Source: an uncultured Candidatus Saccharibacteria bacterium
Lineage (GTDB): Bacteria > Patescibacteriota > Minisyncoccia > Phycocordibacterales > PALSA-1337
Assembly (NCBI GenBank): GCA_964470105.1
Contig: CAYXZI010000006.1
Location: 1-40,575 of the forward strand
DNA length: 40,575 nt
Direction: 5' to 3'
How positions within the stretch are numbered: position 1 is the stretch's first letter; every line of letters begins with the position of its first letter. Made by a program: the position numbers and the translations under genes. The notes under the pieces were generated by a model. That model worked only from the letters and a program-made list of their open reading frames with translations, did no database searches and was not told where the DNA came from. Shown one piece after another: positions 8,172-15,757 of this stretch.

Positions 8172-8654
8172 ATGAAGAAAACATATTTACAAAGAGGATT
8201 TACATTGATTGAGTTGCTTGTAGTTATTGCTATCATCGGTATTTTGTCATCAGTAGTTCTAGCAAGTTTGAATACAGCAAGAAACAAGGGTGCTGATGCT
8301 GCAATCAAGTCAGGTCTTACAAATGCAAGAGCTCAGGCAGAACTATTTTATGATGGAGGGTTAACATATGATGGAGTATGTACAACAGGTACAAATAACA
8401 TAAGTGCTATGATTTTGGCTGCAGCTAAGAACCTAGGAACAGCAACTGTGGTTGGTGGAGATACTCAAGCATTTGGATATAGTGCAACTGGTGCTACTGG
8501 TGCAGCAGTTTGTCATGACTCTGGTACAGGCTGGGCAGCTATCGTTTCTTTAAAGAGTCCAGTAGGCTCAAACTCAGGATGGTGTGTTGATTCTACAGGA
8601 AAGGCAGCTGAGGCTACAACATTAGGAGCAAGCTCAGTAGTTTGCGGATCATAA
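8172..8654 (+). CDS. pilA: Type IV major pilin, paralog 1 (class III signal peptide)
   Basis: It has the prepilin motif MKKTYLQRG|FTLIELLVVIAIIG (G-1, F+1, E+5), four Cys (two probable disulfides) and a Gly/Ala/Thr/Ser-rich globular part. Confidence 0.9.
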   Translation: MKKTYLQRGFTLIELLVVIAIIGILSSVVLASLNTARNKGADAAIKSGLTNARAQAELFYDGGLTYDGVCTTGTNNISAMILAAAKNLGTATVVGGDTQAFGYSATGATGAAVCHDSGTGWAAIVSLKSPVGSNSGWCVDSTGKAAEATTLGASSVVCGS

Positions 8655-8685
8655 TTGAATTCATAATATAATTATATCTACAAAA

Positions 8686-8708
8686 CTCCGCCCACAAGGC
8701 GGGGTTTT
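8686..8708 (+). terminator. Rho-independent terminator, usable in both directions (between convergent genes)
   Basis: The stem is CTCCGCC/GGCGGGG (one G-U pair) with loop CACAA, followed by TTTT. An A-tract precedes it, which gives a T-tract on the minus strand. Confidence 0.75.
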
Positions 8709-8724
8709 GTTAATGAGATAAATA

Positions 8725-10131
8725 CTATCTAATTAGTATATTATTCCAGTTTTTTAATAACTGTCCGAATAGTCCAAACCACACCCTAAGAATTTTTAGT
8801 CTTAAATTAAATTCATTTATACTCTCTCTTGTCATATTAAATACAAAATACTCGGGGTCGGGTGTCATTAGTACATTCCTGTATGATTTAAGGTCATTAG
8901 TCCAAAAATCTGGCATATTATCGGTAGTCATAAGTATATGATTTATATATTGTGATGTATCTCTGCATATTTTATTACATTGTTCCTCGATGATTAGATT
9001 AAATAGATTTTGTGGCTCATTTGATAGATTGATTAGTGCCTCTCCAATATTCGTAAGATTTTTTACTTCATCAACTTCAGATTTCATGCCATTAATAAAG
9101 GAGGCAAGCACTCTGTCCATTTTGGTGATTTCTTTGATGATGTCGTAAGACACCTTCCTATTTCCTAATTTTGGTCTATTGTGATTAATAGTTACTGGTT
9201 CGTACGCAGATAACTTAGTAGGGAATGCTTTATTCCTTATACATCCAAAAATCAAGTCATGACCACGACCAATTGGTGTGGCAACTGGTATTAGTCCTCT
9301 ATTATCTAATCCCATTACGAGCGATATAGACATTATACCGTCATATATAGATGTAGTACTCGGATATTGTATTATTCTATCTGTCGATTTATTCTGCTCG
9401 TATTCTTCAGCAGATATTTTTCGTAAATTGCTATATACCTGTGGTAATAATAATAAAGAAATATGTGATTCCATTGGTGAATCACCAATGCACCCCATAT
9501 AGCTATCAATTATCCTCGAATCATTTACATACATTGGTGTTTCCGGGCCTAGTATTTCTCCCACTGAACTATCCAAGTTCTTTTCGTGTAGGCTTAAAAT
9601 ATCTATATCGGTATCTTGGAAGAAAGGTGGAATGTTGTTAGTTTCATTTAAGAAAATATAATCAAATGGATTTTGATTTGTGAAGATAGGTCCGTGATCT
9701 TTTGCTATTGATTTAAAATTATAATAAATATCATCTTCAACAAGTAATATTTTCTCACCATTTGTCTTGATAAAAAAAGTATTTCTGACTGAACCAACGG
9801 TTGTAATTGACCTCTTGTCTCCACATATCGCAAAATTAGTGATTTCTAGTGGTATGCCTTTGCTTTCTGAAATATTCTTTGATAGTTCAAACCTATCTGT
9901 TCGATCTATGTACTCGATACTAATTCCACTGCGTGTACTCTGGTTTTTTGCTATATCCCTGCCTTTATTTATATTCTCTAAAATTTCACTATCATCAACA
10001 ATGATTATCCGTGGCTCTCTACTGTATTTAAGTAGATTAGATATTAGACTTTCTAATGATAGAAGTAGCGATTCCGGTCGATCACAGGTAGTTAAACAGA
10101 TGGTGGTTATTTTATTCTTGGAATTATTCAC
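8725..10131 (-). CDS. GT-A-fold (GT2-like) glycosyltransferase-domain protein with a long uncharacterised C-terminal region
   Basis: The N-terminus ITTICLTTCDRPESL...PRIIIVDDSE and a later LLVEDDI (DxD-like) match the GT-A pattern. About 300 further residues have no motif I recognise. The start codon is GTG (cac at 10129-10131 on the plus strand). Confidence 0.55.
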   Translation of the reverse strand: MNNSKNKITTICLTTCDRPESLLLSLESLISNLLKYSREPRIIIVDDSEILENINKGRDIAKNQSTRSGISIEYIDRTDRFELSKNISESKGIPLEITNFAICGDKRSITTVGSVRNTFFIKTNGEKILLVEDDIYYNFKSIAKDHGPIFTNQNPFDYIFLNETNNIPPFFQDTDIDILSLHEKNLDSSVGEILGPETPMYVNDSRIIDSYMGCIGDSPMESHISLLLLPQVYSNLRKISAEEYEQNKSTDRIIQYPSTTSIYDGIMSISLVMGLDNRGLIPVATPIGRGHDLIFGCIRNKAFPTKLSAYEPVTINHNRPKLGNRKVSYDIIKEITKMDRVLASFINGMKSEVDEVKNLTNIGEALINLSNEPQNLFNLIIEEQCNKICRDTSQYINHILMTTDNMPDFWTNDLKSYRNVLMTPDPEYFVFNMTRESINEFNLRLKILRVWFGLFGQLLKNWNNILIR

Positions 10132-10137
10132 ATAAAT

Positions 10138-10146
10138 AATATAGCA
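10138..10146 (-). promoter_or_regulatory. Extended -10 element TGCTATATT (minus strand) 6 nt from the GTG start of the GT-A gene
   Basis: The plus-strand sequence aatatagca at 10138..10146 reverse-complements to TGCTATATT. The gap to GTG 10131 is 6 nt. Confidence 0.4.
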
Positions 10147-10197
10147 TAATTTTTATTATTAGTTGTGTTCTTGGTTGATGACCACGCCAAAACTATA

Positions 10198-10206
10198 TGC
10201 TATAAT
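10198..10206 (+). promoter_or_regulatory. Extended -10 promoter TGCTATAAT for pilin paralog 2
   Basis: It is the same 9-mer as at 8110..8118. Confidence 0.45.
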
Positions 10207-10219
10207 ATCAGGGTAGTAT

Positions 10220-10230
10220 TTAATAATTAA
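10220..10230. promoter_or_regulatory. 11-bp palindrome TTAATaATTAA in the pilin-2 leader (candidate operator)
   Basis: It starts 13 nt after the -10 hexamer, the same spacing as at pilin 1, while the intervening 13 nt are unrelated. Confidence 0.3.
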
Positions 10231-10244
10231 TAACTATTTTGTTT

Positions 10245-10727
10245 ATGAAGAAAACATATTTACAAAGAGGATTTACATTGATCGAGCTACTTGTGGTCAT
10301 AGCCATCATTGGTCTCCTATCATCTGTGGTTTTGGCAAGTTTAAATGTTGCTAGAAACAAGGGTGCTGATGGAGCAATCAAGTCAGGTCTAACAAATGCA
10401 AGAGCACAGTCTGAACTATTTTATAGTAACGGTCTTACATACGATGGAGTATGTACAACGGGTATAAACAATATCAATGCTCAAATTCTAGCCGCGGCTA
10501 AGAATTTAGGTTCCGCAACTGTCGTCGGTGCAGATACTCAACTATTCGTATATAGTGCAACTGGTGCTACTGGTGCAGCAGTTTGTCATGACTCTGCTAC
10601 AGGTTGGGCAGCTATCGTGTCTCTAAAGACCCCAGTTACTACAAGTTCAGGATGGTGTGTTGATTCAACTGGAAAGGCAGCTGAAGCAACAGTACTTACA
10701 GCAAATTCAGTAGTTTGCGGATCATAA
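10245..10727 (+). CDS. pilA: Type IV major pilin, paralog 2
   Basis: It has the same prepilin motif and the same length (160 aa from ATG 10245). About 20 substitutions and no indels separate it from paralog 1. ATG 10245 is preferred over TTG 10239. Confidence 0.9.
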   Translation: MKKTYLQRGFTLIELLVVIAIIGLLSSVVLASLNVARNKGADGAIKSGLTNARAQSELFYSNGLTYDGVCTTGINNINAQILAAAKNLGSATVVGADTQLFVYSATGATGAAVCHDSATGWAAIVSLKTPVTTSSGWCVDSTGKAAEATVLTANSVVCGS

Positions 10728-10758
10728 TTGAATTCATAATATAATTATATCTACAAAA

Positions 10759-10781
10759 CCCCGCCCACAAGGCGGGGTTTT
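10759..10781 (+). terminator. Rho-independent terminator of pilin paralog 2
   Basis: The stem is CCCCGCC/GGCGGGG with loop CACAA, followed by TTTT. Confidence 0.75.
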
Positions 10782-10797
10782 GGTTTACATGGAAACA

Positions 10798-10806
10798 TGA
10801 TAAAAT
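10798..10806 (+). promoter_or_regulatory. Possible extended -10 element TGATAAAAT upstream of the TraD-like ATPase gene
   Basis: The literal motif lies 24 nt upstream of ATG 10831, just after the pilin-2 terminator. Confidence 0.3.
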
Positions 10807-10830
10807 ATATGTATATAAAGTTCTAAACTT

Positions 10831-12543
10831 ATGAATGAAGAAAGGATTACATATTTCGGTGAAACTGATGCTCGAAATAAAAGAGTGAAATTTGGTATTA
10901 AAGCCAAAGATCGTACTAAGCACGTATACATAATAGGTAAGACAGGTATGGGAAAATCTACTGTACTTGAGAATATGGCTGTTCAAGATATAAAGAACGG
11001 TGAAGGTATGGCTTTCATAGATCCGCACGGTAAGACTGCTGAACTGCTACTAGAATATGTTCCAGAACACAGACAAAAGGATGTGGTATACTTCGCACCT
11101 TTTGATATGGAATATCCAATATCATTCAATGTACTTGAAAGCGTGGACCCTGATAAGCGCCACTTGGTTGTATCAGGTCTCATGAGTACATTCAAAAAAA
11201 TATGGCAAGATGCCTGGTCTGCTAGAATGGAGTATATTCTAACTAATACACTCCTAGCTCTTCTTGAATATCCAGATGCAACACTATTAGGTGTTAATAG
11301 GATGCTGTCTGATAAGGAATACAGAAAACTAGTAGTATCTCACGTTACTGATGCATCAGTGAAGGCTTTTTGGATACAAGAGTTTGCGAACTATACCGAA
11401 CGTATGGCTGCAGAAGCAGTACCTGCAATACAGAACAAAATTGGACAATTTACAGCTAATGCTCTAATTAGAAATATGATAGGGCAACCAAAATCATCAT
11501 TTGATATACGTAAAATGATGGATGAAGGAAAGCTCTTCATAATTAACCTATCAAAAGGAAGAATAGGGGAATCAAATGCCAATCTCCTAGGTGGTATGAT
11601 AATCACAAAGATATATCTTGCTGCACTCTCTCGTGCTGATGTTCCTGACACTGTACTTAAAAAACTTCCCAACTTCTATCTCTTTGTAGATGAGTTCCAG
11701 TCATTCGCTAATGAATCATTCGCTGATATTCTTTCTGAGGCAAGAAAATATAAGTTAAACCTAACTATGGCACATCAGTATATAGAGCAAATGGAGGAAG
11801 AGGTGAGGGCGGCTGTGTTCGGTAACGTGGGAACAATGATTGTGTTTAGAGTCGGAGCTTTTGATGCGGAAGTTCTTGAAAAGGAATTCGCACCACAATT
11901 TACTGCTGAAGATATTGTAAATTTAGGAATATTTCAAATATACCTAAAATTAATGATTGATGGTATTAGTTCATCTCCATTTTCTGCAACTACACTTCCT
12001 CCAATTCCTAAACCGGAAAGTTCAAGTGCTGCAAATGTCATAATTCAATCAAGAGCACAATTTGCTAATAGCCGAATAGAGGTTGAAAAAAGAATAGATG
12101 AATGGCTGTCTCCAATTAAGCCTACTCCAAGAGAAAAGGAGAAACCTAAGGATTCTGTGGTCATACCTGTTGTTCAAAAACCAGAACCTATGCCAGCTGT
12201 ACACCATGAACCTGTGCCTCAAAAGGTCATACAACCAGTCGCTCAGGCTCCAAAGATTGAACCCGTACCTAAACCAGTTGTACATGAGCAAATAAATAAA
12301 CCTGTAGCTGCCATTCCTAAACTTAAATCAGTATCATTAAATACATTAACCAATACTCCAAGGAATAATAATCAAAAAGCGGCACAACCACAAAGAGTTA
12401 GTGAGTTAAAGTCTGCTCTTGCATCAATTTTATCCCATAATCAAGAGACTCCAAAGGTATCTGATAAGCCAGTTACAAATCATGGTAATGAAAAGAAAGA
12501 GGTGTCAGAGGATGTACTTCGTGACGTACTTAAGGTAGATTAA
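10831..12543 (+). CDS. Soluble TraD/TraG/VirD4-family (coupling-protein-like) P-loop NTPase with a Pro-rich disordered C-terminal tail
   Basis: It carries Walker A GKTGMGKST, FIDPHGK, Walker B YLFVDEFQSF and SEARKYKLNLTMAHQYIEQ (TraG-D_C-like). There is no N-terminal TM segment. The last ~170 aa are low complexity (KPEPMPAVHHEPVPQKVIQPVAQAPKIEPVPKPV...). Confidence 0.7.
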   Translation: MNEERITYFGETDARNKRVKFGIKAKDRTKHVYIIGKTGMGKSTVLENMAVQDIKNGEGMAFIDPHGKTAELLLEYVPEHRQKDVVYFAPFDMEYPISFNVLESVDPDKRHLVVSGLMSTFKKIWQDAWSARMEYILTNTLLALLEYPDATLLGVNRMLSDKEYRKLVVSHVTDASVKAFWIQEFANYTERMAAEAVPAIQNKIGQFTANALIRNMIGQPKSSFDIRKMMDEGKLFIINLSKGRIGESNANLLGGMIITKIYLAALSRADVPDTVLKKLPNFYLFVDEFQSFANESFADILSEARKYKLNLTMAHQYIEQMEEEVRAAVFGNVGTMIVFRVGAFDAEVLEKEFAPQFTAEDIVNLGIFQIYLKLMIDGISSSPFSATTLPPIPKPESSSAANVIIQSRAQFANSRIEVEKRIDEWLSPIKPTPREKEKPKDSVVIPVVQKPEPMPAVHHEPVPQKVIQPVAQAPKIEPVPKPVVHEQINKPVAAIPKLKSVSLNTLTNTPRNNNQKAAQPQRVSELKSALASILSHNQETPKVSDKPVTNHGNEKKEVSEDVLRDVLKVD

Positions 12544-12547
12544 TAAC

Positions 12548-13729
12548 ATGAAAATACTGATTTTCTCTCTAGTATACTATCCCAACTTCATAGGTGGGGC
12601 GGAGATAGCGATAAAGGAAATAACAGATAGAATTTCTCATGAGGATATTCAATTTGATATGGTTACTCTAAGGTTAGATTCTAAACTTCCAAAGTATGAA
12701 AAGATAGGTAATATTAATATATATCGTATTGGATGGGTAGGTAAAAATATTAAGAATGATGGCAATATACCATGGTATATTGCACTTAATAAGTATGCTT
12801 ATGTTGTTTCTGCGGTGGTAAAAGCTATAAAGTTAAATAGATTAAATAAATATGACGCTGTATGGTCTATTATGGCATCATATAACTCTTTTGCTGCGAC
12901 GATATTTAAGTTGATAAAGCATAAAGTAAAGTTTATCCTCACTCTTCAGGATGGTGATCCGATTTCATATATTAAGCGTAGAGCTTTACCGCTGTATCCA
13001 ATATTTAAAATGTTTTTTACTAAGGCAGATTGTATACAATGTATATCACAGTATCTTTCAGACTGGGCAAGAGACATGAAAGCAAAGTGTCCAATTGTCG
13101 TAATTCCTAATGCCGTAGACTCTCAGTTATTTGGCACAAGAAAGCCGTATGTTGATCAAGAGGTTTTGCGACAAAGGATAGGACTAAAAGATGGAGATGT
13201 GACCCTTGTAACCACCTCTAGATTGGTTAAAAAGAATGCAGTAGGGGATATTATCGATTCTATGGCGTATTTACCAAATAATATAAAATTAATTGTAATA
13301 GGTCACGGCTATGAAGAGGCTATGTTGATCAAAAAGACTGAGGAATTAAAATTAAAAAATAGAGTCACATTCCTAGGTCATATGTCGCACAATGGTATAC
13401 CACAATATCTGCATATATCAGATATATTTATCCGCCCCTCTATATCAGAGGGTTTTGGTAACTCATATATAGAAGCGATGGCAGCTGGTTTGCCAGTTAT
13501 AGCTACCCAGGTGGGTGGAATAGTCGATTTTCTTAAGGATGGGGAGACAGGTCTATTTTGTGAAGTGAAGAATCCCAAGAGTATTGCACTTAAGGTTGAA
13601 AAATTAATTAAAGATAAGGAGTCTAGAGACTATATAGTTAAAAATGCTTTAAGTTTGGTTAATGAAAAATATCAGTGGAATATTGTTGCCAGCGACATGA
13701 AAAATAAGGTATTCTTAAGGGTACTATGA
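12548..13729 (+). CDS. GT4-family (GT-B fold) glycosyltransferase
   Basis: It has the EX7E region ISEGFGNSYIEAMAAGLPVIATQVGG and the N-terminus MKILIFSLVYYPNFIGGAE. Confidence 0.85.
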   Translation: MKILIFSLVYYPNFIGGAEIAIKEITDRISHEDIQFDMVTLRLDSKLPKYEKIGNINIYRIGWVGKNIKNDGNIPWYIALNKYAYVVSAVVKAIKLNRLNKYDAVWSIMASYNSFAATIFKLIKHKVKFILTLQDGDPISYIKRRALPLYPIFKMFFTKADCIQCISQYLSDWARDMKAKCPIVVIPNAVDSQLFGTRKPYVDQEVLRQRIGLKDGDVTLVTTSRLVKKNAVGDIIDSMAYLPNNIKLIVIGHGYEEAMLIKKTEELKLKNRVTFLGHMSHNGIPQYLHISDIFIRPSISEGFGNSYIEAMAAGLPVIATQVGGIVDFLKDGETGLFCEVKNPKSIALKVEKLIKDKESRDYIVKNALSLVNEKYQWNIVASDMKNKVFLRVL

Positions 13730-14745
13730 AAATTCTGATATCTACAGGTATATATCCACCAGATATAGGAGGACCAGCTCAATATGCTCGTAATCTCTAT
13801 GAGACTTGGAAAGAACAAGGTCATGATGTGAAAGTGGCTGCGTATAGATGGGAAAGAGCTTTCCCCACTTTTCTAAGACATATACTTTTTTTCCTAAAGA
13901 TTTTTAGAAAAGGATGGAATGCAGATATGATACTTGTTTTAGATACATGGAGTGCAGCCGTGCCAACTATGTATGCCTGTAAGCTAATGAGGAAGAAGTA
14001 TATTATAAGAACAGGTGGAGATTTTCTTTGGGAAACTTATGTAGAGAGGACTGGAGATATGGTTCTCTTTAGAAATTTCTATGAATCATCATTAAAGAAA
14101 TTTTCAAGAAAAGAGAGACTAATATATAGATTAGGAGGACAAGCATTAAGAAATGCTGCTATGATTATCTATAGTACTGATTGGCAGAGAAAAGTATTTG
14201 AAAAGGCATATGGTCTAAATGGTAATAGAAGTAGGATAGTTGAAAACTTCTGTGGGAAAAGGGAGGAACAAATTGAACCAGAAAACAGAGTATTTGTTGC
14301 TGGTACACGAGATTTGAAATGGAAGAACCTTGACCTACTCAAAAAGGCATTTAAGCTCGCTCAAAATGACATTAAGAATAAGGGATTGGAGGAAATTGAA
14401 TTCGATACAACCAAAGCCGTATACGACAATTTCCAAGAAAGGATGAGGCGATCGTATGCTGTAATCCTTACATCAATAGGTGATATCAGTCCAAATATGA
14501 TATTTGATGCCATAAGAGTTGGTACACCATTTATTCTAACAAAAGAGACAGGTATAGTAGATCGGGTGAAGGATTGTGCTGTATTTGTTGATCCGATAAA
14601 CGAGAACGATATTAGAGAAAAGATAGTCTGGATGTCTGATGTGAATAATAGGAAGTTACAAGCAGAAAAGATAAGAAAGTTTGATTGGGTACATACTTGG
14701 GAAGAAATAGGTAAAGAAATTCTTTCACTATATGCAAAACTATAA
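13726..14745 (+). CDS. Divergent GT-B-fold glycosyltransferase-like protein
   Basis: It has a GT4-like N-terminus (MKILISTGIYPPDIGGPAQYARNL). The C-terminal region (ILTSIGDISPNMIFDAIRVGTPFILT) lacks the canonical EX7E glutamates. Its start forms an ATGA overlap with the upstream gene. Confidence 0.55.
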   Translation: MKILISTGIYPPDIGGPAQYARNLYETWKEQGHDVKVAAYRWERAFPTFLRHILFFLKIFRKGWNADMILVLDTWSAAVPTMYACKLMRKKYIIRTGGDFLWETYVERTGDMVLFRNFYESSLKKFSRKERLIYRLGGQALRNAAMIIYSTDWQRKVFEKAYGLNGNRSRIVENFCGKREEQIEPENRVFVAGTRDLKWKNLDLLKKAFKLAQNDIKNKGLEEIEFDTTKAVYDNFQERMRRSYAVILTSIGDISPNMIFDAIRVGTPFILTKETGIVDRVKDCAVFVDPINENDIREKIVWMSDVNNRKLQAEKIRKFDWVHTWEEIGKEILSLYAKL

Positions 14746-15757
14746 TACTGAATATAAAGACTACTCTAAACACATTGTAGTAATGATCTCAACTGATCAA
14801 CTCATTTTTAATGAGAATAGTGCAGTTAGATTAAGAATGAAGGAATACGCTAAACAATATAAAGAACTACATATTATTATCTTTTCAAGAAGAAAGATAC
14901 CACAGCAAAAGATATCAGATAACTGTATAGTGTATTCAACTAACTCACTTTTAAGATGGAATTATGTTTCTGATGCATGTAGGATAGGAAAAAGAATAGT
15001 TAAAGATACATTAAAGGTTGATCCACTATTAGTAACATGCCAAGATCCATTTGAAACTGCTCTGGTGGGAAAATGTTTAGCGAATTTGAAGAGAAGTTCT
15101 GAACTAATGATTCAAATTCATACTGATCTATATAGTCCATATTTTGCTAGGATTTCTGTATTGAATCGTATAAGACTTTTTATTGCTCACTTCACAATTC
15201 CGCATGCTCAGGTCATAAGAGTGGTGTCTAAAAGAATAGCTGATTCATTGATAAAGAGAGGGGTAGATTTCAATAGGATTGTGGTTAAGCCGATAGATAC
15301 TCAAATCAACACCACTCAATCATCTTTTGACCTGAGACAAAAATATAGTCAATTTAGTAAGATAATCCTAATGGTTTCAAGACTAGAATCAGAGAAGAAT
15401 ATACAAATGGCTATTGATGCATTTGCTATTGTAAAAAAGGAAATACCTCAAGCCGGGTTAGTGATAGTTGGATCAGGTAGGGAAATGAATTATCTTAAGA
15501 GACAGGTAATGAAGCTTAGATTGGAAACTAGTGTTATCTTCGAGGGTTGGCAGACAAATTTGTCTCCATACTATATGGGAAGTGATATCATGCTTGTAAC
15601 TTCGTGGTATGAGGGCTATGGAGTCGTATTTAAGGAGGCACAGGCAGTAGGTCTAAAGATTGTATCCACTGATGTTGGTATTGCTCGAGATATAGATGCA
15701 ATTATTGTGACTTGGGATAAGTCAGATATAGCCAGAGGAATCCTAAAAAACATATGA
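14732..15757 (+). CDS. GT4-family glycosyltransferase
   Basis: It has SWYEGYGVVFKEAQAVGLKIVSTDVG. It overlaps the upstream gene by 14 nt. Confidence 0.8.
   Translation: MQNYNTEYKDYSKHIVVMISTDQLIFNENSAVRLRMKEYAKQYKELHIIIFSRRKIPQQKISDNCIVYSTNSLLRWNYVSDACRIGKRIVKDTLKVDPLLVTCQDPFETALVGKCLANLKRSSELMIQIHTDLYSPYFARISVLNRIRLFIAHFTIPHAQVIRVVSKRIADSLIKRGVDFNRIVVKPIDTQINTTQSSFDLRQKYSQFSKIILMVSRLESEKNIQMAIDAFAIVKKEIPQAGLVIVGSGREMNYLKRQVMKLRLETSVIFEGWQTNLSPYYMGSDIMLVTSWYEGYGVVFKEAQAVGLKIVSTDVGIARDIDAIIVTWDKSDIARGILKNI

Larger units (their letters stand above)
8172..8709 (+). repeat. Direct repeat copy 1 (pilin CDS plus 3' UTR/terminator)
   Basis: Hand alignment with 10245..10782 shows no indels. The first 38 nt, a 47-nt internal block (8477..8523) and 75 of the last 76 nt are identical. 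Confidence 0.9.
10245..10782 (+). repeat. Direct repeat copy 2 (pilin CDS plus 3' UTR/terminator)
   Basis: See copy 1. Homology ends at 8709/10782. Confidence 0.9.

Noticed and set aside
13726-13729. Possible UGA recoding (Gracilibacteria/SR1-type genetic code 25).
   Set aside because: TGA terminates several well-delimited genes exactly at ATGA start/stop junctions (13726, 15754, 22874, 28095, 29222). All family-typical protein lengths are obtained with the standard code.
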